Shown in pieces: positions 51,695 to 63,370 of a stretch of 64,000 nt of DNA. The position numbers were made by a program, and so were the translations under genes. The notes beneath the pieces were generated by a model. That model did no database searches. It was given only the letters and a program-made list of their open reading frames with translations, and was not told the origin of the DNA. The DNA comes from Camelus ferus (taxonomy: Eukaryota): positions 86,244,001-86,308,000 of the forward strand of contig NC_045696.1 in assembly GCF_009834535.1 (NCBI RefSeq), in the 5' to 3' direction. How positions within the stretch are numbered: the first letter of the stretch is position 1; every line of letters begins with the position of its first letter.

Positions 51695-53340
51695 TATAAT
51701 GGTTTTAGTTTCAATATACATGCAGTGAAATGAACAAATCTTGTGTACAGTTTGAGCTTTGAGCTTACACGTGTACACCTGTGTAACCAGACCCTAATAA
51801 GAAATAGAACATAACCATAATCTCAGAAAGTTCCCTCATTCTCTTCTCAATTAATATTCCTCTGCCCAAGGCCACCACCACTCTATTTTTTTTAACATAT
51901 ATTAGTTATTCCTATCCTATTTACATTTGTTCTAAAAATTCATACGAATGGTGTTATATAGTATTACTTTTCTGTTCCTGGATTCTTTCTTTCAGCATAG
52001 TGTCCACTAGATTTATGCATTTTTTTGCATGCTTCAGTAGTTCGTTCCTTTTTGTGATTAAGTATAAATATACTGATCTATTTATCAGTTCTTACTGATA
52101 CGTGTTTGTGTTATTTCTACTGTTTAGCTATTGTGAATAGAGTGATTATGAACATTCGAACAGACATTTTTTGTTGGCATATATTTTCATTTCTCTTGGA
52201 TAAATACCTACAAATGAAATCCCTATGTCCTAGGACAGCTGTATGTTTCCCTCTATAATACATCACCAAAGCATTTTCCATTGTGTAATTTTACATACCC
52301 ACTGCAAATGTGTAAGAGTTCCAGTTACTCTCTCTAGTTAACATTCAGTGTTCTCAAACTTTAAATTTCAGCCAAACTTGTTTTATAATAGTATTTTATT
52401 GTGGTTTTCATTTGAATTTCATTTGAATTTTCATTTGACAAGTAATTTCACATTCTTAACTTTTCTTCATTTTTATCTCCCTTTGTGGCATGTCTGTTCA
52501 AATCTTTGTCCATTTTTATTTATTGACTTGTTTGTCATCTTATTGTCACATGGAAATTTTTATATATTTGATTTAGTTTTTTTGTAAGATAAATATTTTG
52601 CAGACAATTTCTTCCAGATTATGGTTTGCTTATTGATTTTTAATAGTGTTATTTGATAAGCAGCATTTTTAAATTTGATGATGTCTAGCTTTTAATTTAC
52701 TCCTTTAAATTTTTAAGGCTCTTTTTGTATCTGTTCTCAAGTCATGAAGATATTCTCCCATGTTTTATAAGATTTATAGTTTTGTTTTTTATGTTTAGAT
52801 ATACGTCTACCCCAAATTAAATACTGTATGTAGCATAAAGTAAGGGTTGATATTCTTTTTTTCATATGTGGACATATAATATTTTAAATATAATTTATTG
52901 AAAAACCTTACTTTATTAAATTACCTTGGCAACTTTACCAAAAATAACTGACTGATATGTGTGAGTCTATTTCTAGACCATCTATTCTCTGCCTTTGATA
53001 TTTTTTTCTATCATCATGCCACTATTACTGTATTATTATTATCTTATAATAGTTTTATTTTTAGGTTTTTGTATTTCCATGTAAAGTATAGATTCACATG
53101 TCAATTTTTATAAGAAATTCTGCTGGAATTATGATTGTGATTACTTTGAATCTATAGATCAATTTTGAGAGATTGACATTTTCACAGTATTGACTCTTCA
53201 AATCTATAGGCATGATATATCTCTCCAATAATTTAGATCTTTATCTTTTCTCAGAAATATTTCATGCTCTGGCTACAGGTCTTTAACTTATTTTGTTCAG
53301 TATGCTCCTAAGTATTTTAGTAGTTTAATTCTATTAAAAT
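51695..53340 (-). mobile_element. Old L1 (L1ME/MD-like) 3'UTR + ORF2 3' part
   Basis: aacaaatcttgtgtacagtttg...gaacataaccataatctcagaaagttccctc; ttttcatttctcttggataaatacct; tgaatctatagatcaattttgagagattgacatt. Confidence 0.85.
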
Positions 53341-53349
53341 TAATTTTTT

Positions 53350-53725
53350 AAATCCTTTTATTTTGAAATAATTATAGACTGAAAATTTTACAAATAGTGT
53401 GAAGTGTCAAGTTTCCTTTAATGGTGACATAGTGTAGCTGAAGTGCAATATCAAAACCAAGAAAATGATGTTCGTACATCACTGCTAACTATAGATCTTA
53501 TTCAATTGTCATTGTTTTTAACCTGCATTTCTATATGTGTGTATTTATATAATTCTGACAGGTTTATTCCATGTAATGATTTGTTCAACCACCACAAAAA
53601 TCACCTGTGACCACAAAGGAACTCCTTTATGCCATTCCTTTCCCATAGCAGCCACTAATCTGTTTTCCATCTCTATAGTTTTGTCCTTTAGAGAGTGTTA
53701 TATAAATGGAATCATGTATAATACC
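53350..53725 (-). mobile_element. L1MC-like 3' end
   Basis: ttttattttgaaataattatagac...caatatcaaaaccaagaaaatga...gcagccactaatctgttttccatctctatagttttgtcc. Confidence 0.75.
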
Positions 53726-53744
53726 ATGTTTTTAAGTTACTTCA

Positions 53745-53900
53745 AAAAAAACTTGAGAGTTGCTTGAAGTGGGTGGTAGTATAGATGAAAATTTTAATCA
53801 TGACTTGGTAATCATCAAAACAGGTGAAGGGGGTCGTAAGGAATCATTACACTATATTGTCTACTTTGAAGTACTTTTGATATTTGTCTTAATAATAATT
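53745..53900 (+). mobile_element. L1ME-type 3' end
   Basis: atagatgaaaattttaatcatgacttggtaatcatcaaaacaggtgaagg...cattacactatattgtctactttg; similar to 6620-6790. Confidence 0.55.
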
Positions 53901-54465
53901 TAAGAAGTTATCAAAGAGTAGATTAAAATGTCTAAAGTAGAGGATATTGAGAGCAGAAGAAGATGAAAAGAATGCTGTTGAAATTGAGGAAATACAATAG
54001 AAAAATAATTTGGAATGTCAAAGATCATATAGGAAATAAAGTGTAATATGTGTGAAAAGCAGATAAAATATACTAAATAAATTTAATGGGTGGGTGATCC
54101 TAAAGAAACAAATACAAAAATAAAATTAGTTTGTTACATGCATTTCATAGATGGTTTTTAATAGGAAATTAGGTAAAAGTAGAATTGCTGTTAAATGTAT
54201 TATTAATACAATATTTATTGTAGATCAGGGACAATTAAAAAATAATATTAAATAATGATATAGGAAATACATAGAAAAAGTTTAGCCAATATTGAGGAGT
54301 CTTGAAAATGGACCAAAGTGATTTTAAAATAACACTTTCTTTAAGGGTAGCTTTAGGCCAACTGGGCAGGAATTTTCAGCTCAATGATGGCAGCTACTCT
54401 TTGGATTTGTGACCCACCAGGAGTCAACAGTGGTGAGATCTTCTTCAGTGCCATTACTCCAGAGC

Positions 54466-54668
54466 AGCTCATTCCAACAAAACTATCTGCAATGTTAGAA
54501 ATTCTCTATATCTGGGCTTCCCGGTATCCTAGGCACATGTGGTTATTGAGCACTGGAAATATCGGCTCTGTGACCGAGGAACCGAAATTTTAATTTAGCA
54601 TAACTTTAATTAATTTGATTTTAAATAGTCACATGTAGCTAGTAAATAGAGTATTGGAATACGTGGGA
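54466..54668. mobile_element. MER3-like hAT-Charlie MITE
   Basis: ttccaacaaaactatctgcaatgttagaaattctctatatctg...ggcacatgtggttattgagcactggaaat...gaggaaccgaaattttaattt...aatagtcacatgtagctagt; ~200 bp. Confidence 0.85.
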
Positions 54669-55046
54669 CTGGAGGAACCCTTAAGTTCCTTCCTCTCAAT
54701 CAGCCCATTTTAGCCACGCAGACTTCGGAATTAGTCATGGATCTAACTTGATTTCCTGCTCCAAAATTCCTTAGGAGTCTATATTGTTAACTCAAAGGGA
54801 TGATTGTGTAAGTCTCTTTCTTATTCCTCCCAGCCCATTCTGCTTAGGCCCAAGTACAATTCTCTAATATTTTCATATTTGAATTACCCAGTCATAGCTT
54901 TAAAGGCCTATGGCACAATCCATGTAGTGTGCCTGTATGTCATGTACAGTCATAAGAAGAAAAAAAACAAACAAAACTTGAGTCTTTTTTTTTAAGGAGA
55001 AAGAATGTCCATGCTCACTCTGAACCTGAACAATTAAGTAAAAAAG

Positions 55047-55160
55047 TATGTGTGTGTGTGTGTGTACACACACACACACACACACACATACAAACTGTAT
55101 ATATACACTTTAAACATATATTTCTTAAATATATATATATATTTTTATATATATATATGC
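55047..55160. repeat. (TG)n(CA)n palindromic microsatellite plus (TA)n tract
   Basis: Directly visible. Confidence 0.95.
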
Positions 55161-56394
55161 TTGGCTTTGAACAATGACTCTATTCTCTATTCAACTCAAG
55201 TATAGCTCCTGGCATCTAAGCAGGTAAGTTGGCTTATATCCTTCAATGTTATATTAGGGCATCTTAGACCAACCTGATTCAGTTTGGCTGAAAGAAGACA
55301 TTCAACCCATGGGGATTTTGAAGTAGCTTAAGCCAGCAAAGCTTACATTCTGCTATTATCTGCATTTTCAGATGTGCTCATTACTTAGCTTCTGAGCAGA
55401 TATAAGAGGCTAATTACGATACTTAAAGGAATGTATAGTTAAGTTTCAACTTTTCAGTCTACCTGCAATATCAACCAGAAATCTGATTAAACAAATGGGC
55501 CTCACCCCATGACCCACAAAATCAGTACAAAGATTTTGGAGAAGCAAGAAAAGAAAGTGCCAAAAGTTACTCTTTCTTCATGGAAAAAGCCCTGAGGCAC
55601 CTAAGTATGCTAATGCTGAATCAGCATTACACTTCTAACTTGGCAAAGTCAAAAGGAACAACACTGCAAAGAAGCTTTATTATGGTTCCTCAAATCATGA
55701 GATATAAGCATTATTAATATTTATTTTAAATATACTAATTAATTACATGGATTTAGGAGCATAAAGACCCACATGTCTCTAAAAGCCTACTTTATTATTG
55801 AGTTATATTACAAACTAAGATGAGGCATAGACGTGAACCACACTGAAAGTAAAAATTTAAAAACCTGAAGACAGCTTATCATAGAAAGCAAATAGCAAAA
55901 ATACCACACGAGGGCCTGGGTTTCGGTTTATACATGGTTCAAAGTTGGCATTAATAGTAGCTTAATTTCATATGGAAAACATTTCACGAGCTGGGAGTAG
56001 ACCTTCTGACTATTTTCAGTTTCTAGAACCAAACTTGAATTTATACCTTCTCATAGCTTAAAGATCTCAAAAAATTATTTTATGCCTCATCAAGTAAGCC
56101 ATTCAGAATTAATATTTAGTAAATTCTTAATTCTTATTTAAGAAATCCCAGATTACAACTGCAATAATCTTGTAACCTTTTTATGTAATATCAATCTCCA
56201 AACTTGTATATCTACATATATGCATAAATAAATATGTGTGTATAAATGTGTATGTATGTATGTATGTATCTATCTATATCTATATCTATATATATATTTA
56301 CGTATATACTTAGGTTGTTTTGAGTGATGAGCTAGAGGGCACAGAATAGTGGGGCGATATCAACCATAACTCCCAAGACTGTTACATATTTTTC

Positions 56395-56545
56395 TCTCAT
56401 TCATCATACCATCATTTATTCATTCATGCATTCATTTAAATACATGATCAATAAATGCTTTCTGTGTCAGATGTAGGGTAGGCCCTAGGAATATAAAAAA
56501 ATGAATTTTATACTCTTTGTACTAAAGAAGCAGTCAGCTTACTCA
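56395..56545 (-). mobile_element. L2 3' end fragment
   Basis: ttattcattcatgcattcatttaaatacatgatcaataaatgctttctgtgtcagatgtagggtaggccctaggaatata. Confidence 0.6.
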
Positions 56546-56828
56546 CTATAAGCAGAATGATGTTTTAGATATCGTGGAGGGTAATAAGAGAAATCAGTAT
56601 GCCATTTCTTCTTAAAAGAAAGTTATATGCTAATTAAATTGTTTATATTAACTTTACACTGCTCATTTTTAATATGGCTTTCATGTGTTTTCAAATTATA
56701 TTTGAGTCTTATTAAATGTCATTGAAATACAAAATGTGATATTTTAAAACAAAAATACTATATAGAATATAAGGAAAATAATGAAGATATAGAAATCACT
56801 TAATTTAATAATCCTACTTTGTTTCTTT

Positions 56829-57904
56829 TTTTTTTCTTTTTTTATTGAAGTATAGTTGATTTACAATGTTGTGTTAGTTTCAGGTGTACAGCAAAGTGAT
56901 TGTTCTTTTTTAGATTCTTTTTCATTATAGGTTATTATAAGATGTTGAATATAGTTCCCTATGCTATATAATAGGTTCTTATTTATCTATTTTATATGTA
57001 GTAGTGTGTATCTGTTAATCTCAAACTTCTGATTTATCCCTCCGTCTGTTTCCCCTTTGGTAACCATAAATTTGTTTTCTATGTCTTTGAACCTATTTCT
57101 GTTTTATAAATAAGTTCATTTGTGTCATTTTTTTTTAGATTCCACATATGTGATACCATACGATATTTATTTTTCTCTGTCTGGCTTCACCTAGTAAGAT
57201 AATCTCTAGGTCCATCCATGTTGCTGCAGATGGCATTGTTTTATTCTATTTTATGGCTGAGTAACATTCCATTGTATGTATATACCACTTACTCTTTATC
57301 CACTCATTTGTCAGCGGACGTTTAAGTTGCTTCCATGTCTTGGCAATTGTAAATAGAGCTGCTATGAACACTGGGGTACATGTATCTTTTTGAATTAGAG
57401 TTTTCACCTTTTCCAGATATATGCTTAGGGGTGGGATTGCTGGATCACATGGTGACTGTATTTTAAGTTTTTAAAGGAACCTCCATACTATTCTCCATAG
57501 TGGCTGCAGCAATTTGCATTCCCACCAACAGTGTAGGAGGGTTTCCTTTTCTCCACACTCTCTCAGACATTTATTATTTGTAGACTTTTTGATGATGGCC
57601 ATTCTGACCTGTGTGAGATGATACCTTATTGTAGTTTTGATTTGCATTTCTCTGATAATTAGCAATGTTGAGCATTTTTTCATGTGCCTCTTGGCTGTCT
57701 GTGTCTCCTTTGGAGAAATATCCATTTAGGTATTCTGCCCATTTTTTAATTGGATTGTTTGTTTGAGCTGCTTTTATATTTTGGAAATTAATTCCTTGTC
57801 ATTTGTGTCATTTGAGAATATTTTCTCCCTTCTGTAGATTGTCTTTTCATTTTGTTTGTGATTTCCTTTGCTGTGCAAAAACTTTTAAGTTTGATTAGAT
57901 CTCA

Positions 57905-57935
<31 letters not shown>

Positions 57936-58650
57936 GTTTTGTTTTGTTTTTGCTTTTCTTTCCAATACTCTAGGAGATGGATCCAAAAAAAATAATATTG
58001 TATTCTATGTCAAGGAGTGTTCCGCCTATGCTTTCCTCTAGGAGTTTTATAGTATGCAGTGTTACATTTAGGTCTTTAATCCATTTTGAGTTTATTTTTG
58101 TATATGATTGTAGAGAATTTTCTAATTTCATTCTTTTATATGCAGCTCTTGTGTTTTTCCAGCACCATTTATTGAAGAGACTGTCTTTTCTCCATTGTAT
58201 ATTCATGCCTCCTATGCTGTAGATTAATTAACCATAAGTGTTTATAAGGGTTTATTTCTGGGCTTTCTATCCTGTTCCATTGATCTGTGTGTCTGTTTTT
58301 TGCACCAGTACCATACTGTTTTAATTACTGTAGCTTTGAAGTATAGTCTTAAGTCAGGGAGCATGATTCCTCCAGCTTCGTTCTTCACACTCAAGATTGT
58401 TTTGGCTATTTGGGATCTTTTGCTTTCCATACAAATTGTAAAATTATTTGTTCTAGTTCTGTGAAAAATGTCACTGGTAATTTGATAGGGGTTGCATTGA
58501 ATATGTAGATTTCCTTAGATAGTATGGTCATTTTAACAATACTGATTCTTTCAATCCAAGAACATGATATATCTTTCCATCTGTTTATGTCATCTTCAGT
58601 TTCTTTCATCAATATCTTGTATTTTTCAGAGTATAGGTCTTTTGCCTCTT
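56829..58650 (-). mobile_element. 5'-truncated L1 (1.8 kb; ORF2 3' part + 3'UTR), artiodactyl-type
   Basis: 20-bp TSD taatcctactttgtttcttt (56809-56828) / taatcctattttgtttcttt (58651-58670); ORF2 fragments 58406..58612, 58242..58430, 57970..58206, 57471..57725 ([27 protein letters not shown]); poly-T tail. Confidence 0.97.
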
Positions 58651-59199
58651 TAATCCTATTTTGTTTCTTTGAGAAAAATTCACACCCTAAATGGCCTCTA
58701 ATAACAATATCTATCCATAAAACTTATATTGACAAGCACTGGCTGATACATTTCCTTGAATATTTTAGTTTTTTATCTTAAATTCCTTAAGATTTTTTCC
58801 ACTCTTTCTATTCTTTTGATTTCCTTCCTCAGTAAATGTAGAAAAATGCTGGATATGCAACAGATGTTTATAAAAGAACTATTTGATGCAGAAATTGATC
58901 AGTTAATCATTCTTCATCTTCTGTTCTGAATTGGACAGTTGATTGAGTTTTCAAATGTCAAATATTCAATATTATGATCAAGAACATTGGTCCCACATCT
59001 GATAGTAGCAGACAAAATATGACTAACCCAGCACCCTTGAATTGTTATAGACTGCTTACTGTTACCTAGTGCTTCATCTATGATAGAAGCCCAGTGGACT
59101 GGAGAGAACTCTCAGTAAACACATTGTTAATCGCAGCTTTTGGCCTTAACCCCGGTGTGTTCTCTTTGTTATATGAGTTGGAGAAAATTTGAAATATAA

Positions 59200-59610
59200 G
59201 GTATAGAGGAGGTAAAAATTTATCTCTACCCTCAGGGTTTTTTGGCTAGGTTTGAGAATAAAACTGACATAAAACAAATTAACAGGAGGAAAAGCGCAGT
59301 TTATATGCATATGCTTTATGTGACATGGGAGCTCTCATAAGCAAATGAAGATCCAAAGAAATGGTGAAACCTACTTGCTTTAATATTAGGTTGAATAAAC
59401 AGGCAGTTGTGGAAAAGTAAACTATGTGACGTAGCTAAAAGAAGATAAGATTTATTTGAGTAAGGTCTGTTTGTTAAGAATTCTCTTGGCTTTGACACCA
59501 TCAGTGTTTCTTTTCTCTTGGTACAGGAAGGGCATCTTTCATATGGGAGTTTTTAATCTCCTGTTTCCAGGAAGAAAAGAGAGATTAGAATTCCCCTTTT
59601 ACATCTACCA
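59200..59610 (-). mobile_element. ERV1 LTR, MER34-like
   Basis: aaaactgacataaaacaaattaacaggaggaaaagc...tttatgtgacatgggagctctcataagcaaatgaagatccaaagaaatggtgaaacct. Confidence 0.7.
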
Positions 59611-60659
59611 ACCTTCAGCACTTTGAACCTGTGACACATATCGCTTCCCATCCAGAAATGAAGTAAAGGGAGGGAGACACAAAGATGAGAATCTGCAGTT
59701 CTTTGTAGAAACCAATATTCAGTAAATGCAAGTTGTGTTCTTTAGCAATTGTAAACATTTAAAAAATAATATTAAATACATAAATTACTTCAAGCAAAAT
59801 AATTCAAAATATATAATGGTAATTGTTGGTACTCTCAATTCAGCCTAACAGATATATAATCATCCGATTTGCCAAGAAAAGAGACTAAAATTTAAAAGAA
59901 AATTGATTTAGTCCTTAATACATTTATCTCTCCCTTGCACTGACACTTGGTATGACTTACTTGCTGGTAATAATCTACAATATCACATATTAATATAAAA
60001 TATTTTTCTGTCATAAATTCTGAAAAATATATCTAAATCTATTTTCTATTTTATTATTAATACATAGTCACTCCTTTTTAAAGCATCACACTATGGTAAA
60101 TTCAACAAAATATTAAATATTGGTGGTATATTTCAATTGTTATATATTTCAGAAAAACCATCTTTTTCTTATCTGCCTTTGTTACCTAGGTCTTCTTTCT
60201 CTAGCCCCAGATGTTCTAAACATAAGTCTATTTTTCAACATTCAACTTATATCAAGAATGTTCTCTTTTTCTTGTTTGTTTTACCTCCTTATCAATTATC
60301 AGAAATTCCCTTGCCTTAAACAGTAGCATTTTATATTGCGTGGAAGCAATGCAATAAAGCTTGCAGAAATAGCAGCGTTTTCAGCAGAATAGGATTGAAT
60401 CTCAAATTAATCACCATTGTCTTGCTGCTATTTCTGCTTATGGTAATAAATACCCTATTGGCGTACTGCTGGGTTTCATTCTTTTTTTTCTTAATGTTCT
60501 ATTTGAATTGACTAAGTTACCTGCTGCTGGACTGTGTTTTGGTAATGTCTCTTACCTGCTTTCTTACCTCTTATTTGAGCTAGTTTAGGTAACCTCCTTA
60601 TGCAAATTCTTTTTACCCAGGTGATCACATTCCTACATTCTATTTCTTTTAACTATGAA

Positions 60660-60795
60660 CTGTGATACTAGTTGGCTAGAATTTAGGCTTCCTAAGAGTA
60701 GAGACAGTGTTTTCTACTTCTTGTTTAGGGCTTCCCAGTGCCTCTAAAACTCCTGAAATTTTGACTACATAATAGTAAATTAAATAAAGTTTACT
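60660..60795 (+). mobile_element. L2 3' end fragment
   Basis: ctagaatttaggcttcctaagagtagagacagtgttttc...ttcccagtgcct. Confidence 0.55.
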
Positions 60796-61090
60796 AAAAT
60801 ACATTTTATATAGATTTAAGATAGTTCACATTCATTTTAATAAAATTTTTACATGCTAATATTCACCACATACATTTTTTGTTACTTTTTTCAAATAATT
60901 TTACTAAATGAAAAAGGAATAGTAACAATATTATAGGCTCCAGTATGGTACAAAGAAGTTCAATAGTATAAACATTTTATGAAATAACTATCAAAGTATT
61001 AAAAGTACAAGTATGTTCCATATTAAAATGTATAGTATCGTTTACTTCTGCAAATAAAATTGTCTTTCCTAATATTAACCTCTCCATCAG

Positions 61091-61521
61091 GGGTGGAAGT
61101 GACCGATGTTATTGACATCATTAAGAAACACAATACTAAAGTGAATTTCTTAGAAAGGAAAGATAAACCAGAGCCAAAAGATTTCCTTTGAAATCTAGTT
61201 TCCAATTCAATGTATCCTCTTTATTCCAAGTTCTGACCCTTAGATGTTGAATGGCGTAAGAACTGAGTATTTTAAGGACTGATTTAAATCTCCTTTCTCA
61301 CGTAATCTCCACTGGATTGACACAAAACATCAATCTGTTCTCAGGCTTGCTGATCTAAAAGTTCAAGAAAGAACTGTCTCTTTTAAGAGTAAAATTCCCA
61401 TTTCAATTCTTCTTCAGCATAGATACATTAAGAGAAAGGTATCCGGCACATGACTTGATTAGATCTGTCAATGTAGTTTTTGCTGAACTTCTCAGGATTC
61501 TCAAGGAACTGAACTGTACAG
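61091..61521 (+). other. Candidate 431-nt exon (no full-length ORF; UTR/non-coding-like)
   Basis: Acceptor tgtctttcctaatattaacctctccatcag|G at 61090; donor ACAG|GTAAAA at 61522; unique, less AT-rich than flanks, several CpGs. Confidence 0.35.
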
Positions 61522-62692
61522 GTAAAATAAATGCAACATATCATTAATTCAGCCTCCTGCCAAAATGTAAAAGGTAGTAGAGAAATATATAAAGATCTAT
61601 AATTCAAAATAATTAAATTAAGAAAGATATTGATTTGTTAATGAATGTAACTAAGCCACTATGGCCTTTTCATGTTCTTTTAGCACCAAAAACCTCACAA
61701 TTTAGGCTGTCTTTTAATTTAAAATGGTTCTATGTTGATTTCTAAGTCTCGGTTTTGTTCAATATTTTCCCTTTTCTGGACTCAATTTTAAGTTCCTCGA
61801 GGGCAGGACAGTACCTTTTCATTTTGCCAATATACATTTTAAAGAAAGCCTAGCCTTTTCCTCCTATCAGAGGTGACGTCTCTCCATTACTCATGTGCTT
61901 GAGTCTCACACGCTCCCCCAGGGAAAAGCACATTTTGTCTCACAACTCACTTCTGTTCCTTTAGAGCCTTTATCTTTATTTCAGTGTTCCTTAATAAATG
62001 CTTCAAATTTCAGTCAAGGGGGGAAATATATTGAAAATGTATTTCTGTGCCTATTAGTCCTTACAGAGTTTCAGTAGATGAGAAAATGTAATAGCTAAAG
62101 TTTAGAGATTATTGGAAGATTTGTTTACTTCAGGCTCTTGTTCATCTGAACAGTTCATTCAAAGTGGAAACTAGGCAGGCAGAAAACTCCCAGTCTCCCC
62201 ACATCATATGCAAGGCCCGTGATATCCATCAGAGATTTATTGAATTGTTTTGTAACTGTGTACTGATTTCCACCAAACCACCTAGAGGAAGGTCATGGAG
62301 AGCAGTGTGACCTTGGTGTTATTAATTGTACCTTGTCAGGCACATGCTATTTGGACAAAATCTATTTTGTGTTCAGGAAGTATTAGATAAGAAACCCCAG
62401 AGTTCCCAAGGTATGAGAGATCTGAAACTGTTTGAATAAGAGGAAGAAAACAACAGAATAAGATAACAGTACCAAGAAAACAAAATAGGCTTGGGCTACA
62501 AACATTTTTAGACATTGAAAAGTATCAAGAAAGAGAACTGGAGAGAGAAGGGGAGAGGGGCTGAAATTGGGCAGCAGGGACTGAAGGAGCCAGGGAAGCA
62601 GTCTCACATTATTGGTACACAGCCACACATTTTACCACCTTAGTAGGAAAATTACCTTATTTTAAAACTCAGTGTGTGTAGGGAACCAACTC

Positions 62693-63069
62693 TGTCATGC
62701 ACTGAGTTGATGTTATACATCAGCCAGGTTTCCCTCTTGAATTGTAGGAATCATTTCCCTAGCTGTGGGGAGTTTTGCCAGCCTATATAACTCTTTTGGA
62801 AATTGCTCTGGGCTCAGAGGAACTCAAGGTCATACTACCTTCCCAGAGGCAACTGGTATCCAGGGTTGTGCTCAGCCTCCTCACCATAATGGGGCACAAC
62901 TATGTATAGTTTTGATCAACTGAGGTACTAAAGCCCAGTTCATCCCTCCATTCAGTCCTGTTTCCTTCCTTTCTTTCCATACCTGTTGATTTGAAGAGAT
63001 TCCCAGTAAACTTACTGCATGTTAATCTCTGTCTCAAAGTTGGCTTCCTGGGTAACAGGACTTGCAAAA
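62693..63069 (+). mobile_element. ERVL solo LTR, LTR16-like
   Basis: 3' end cccagtaaacttactgcatgttaatctctgtctcaaagttggcttcctgggtaac; internal caaggtcatactaccttcccagaggcaac. Confidence 0.75.
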
Positions 63070-63174
63070 CCCAGGTAATTTAAATAATACCGTATTTGTA
63101 TAACATAATTTCACACAGAGAGAAGGTTCATGAACTATAGAATGAACTCTTACTGTTAACACAAATAAATTAAT

Positions 63175-63370
63175 AATATTTTAAGTGCTAACTCTAAGCT
63201 ATTAAGTTTGGCACTAACCATATAGTCTAATATGGCCAGAGAATAGAGCACCTTCAAGTTTCAGATAAGGGTGATTAACTTGGCATAAGGTTACAGACAG
63301 TTGTTGGGCTAGATTTGAACCGAAGTCCTTTAACTCTAAAATATATTGTATTTCCCATTGCATCCTGTGA
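63175..63370 (-). mobile_element. MIR SINE
   Basis: gtgattaacttggcataaggttacagacagttgttgggctagatttgaaccgaagtcctttaactctaaa. Confidence 0.7.

Noticed and set aside
60456..60465. TATTGGCGTA resembling the miR-16 3' end
   Set aside because: Ten-nt match only, with no seed or hairpin around it; likely coincidence.
61023..61514. Alternative minus-strand exon (acceptor tttattttacctgtacag; MMSITSVTSTPDGE|gttaat) and hydrophobic ORF 61023..61205
   Set aside because: Weak donor and unrecognised peptide. The + strand reading has better paired splice sites and fits the repeat bias, though this alternative is not formally excluded.
61423..61521. Protein-like frame DTLRERYPAHDLIRSVNVVFAELLRILKELNCT as a 99-nt coding exon or pseudogene exon
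   Set aside because: No family recognised, upstream frames contain stops, and an open 33-codon stretch is common. A BLASTX hit would revive it.
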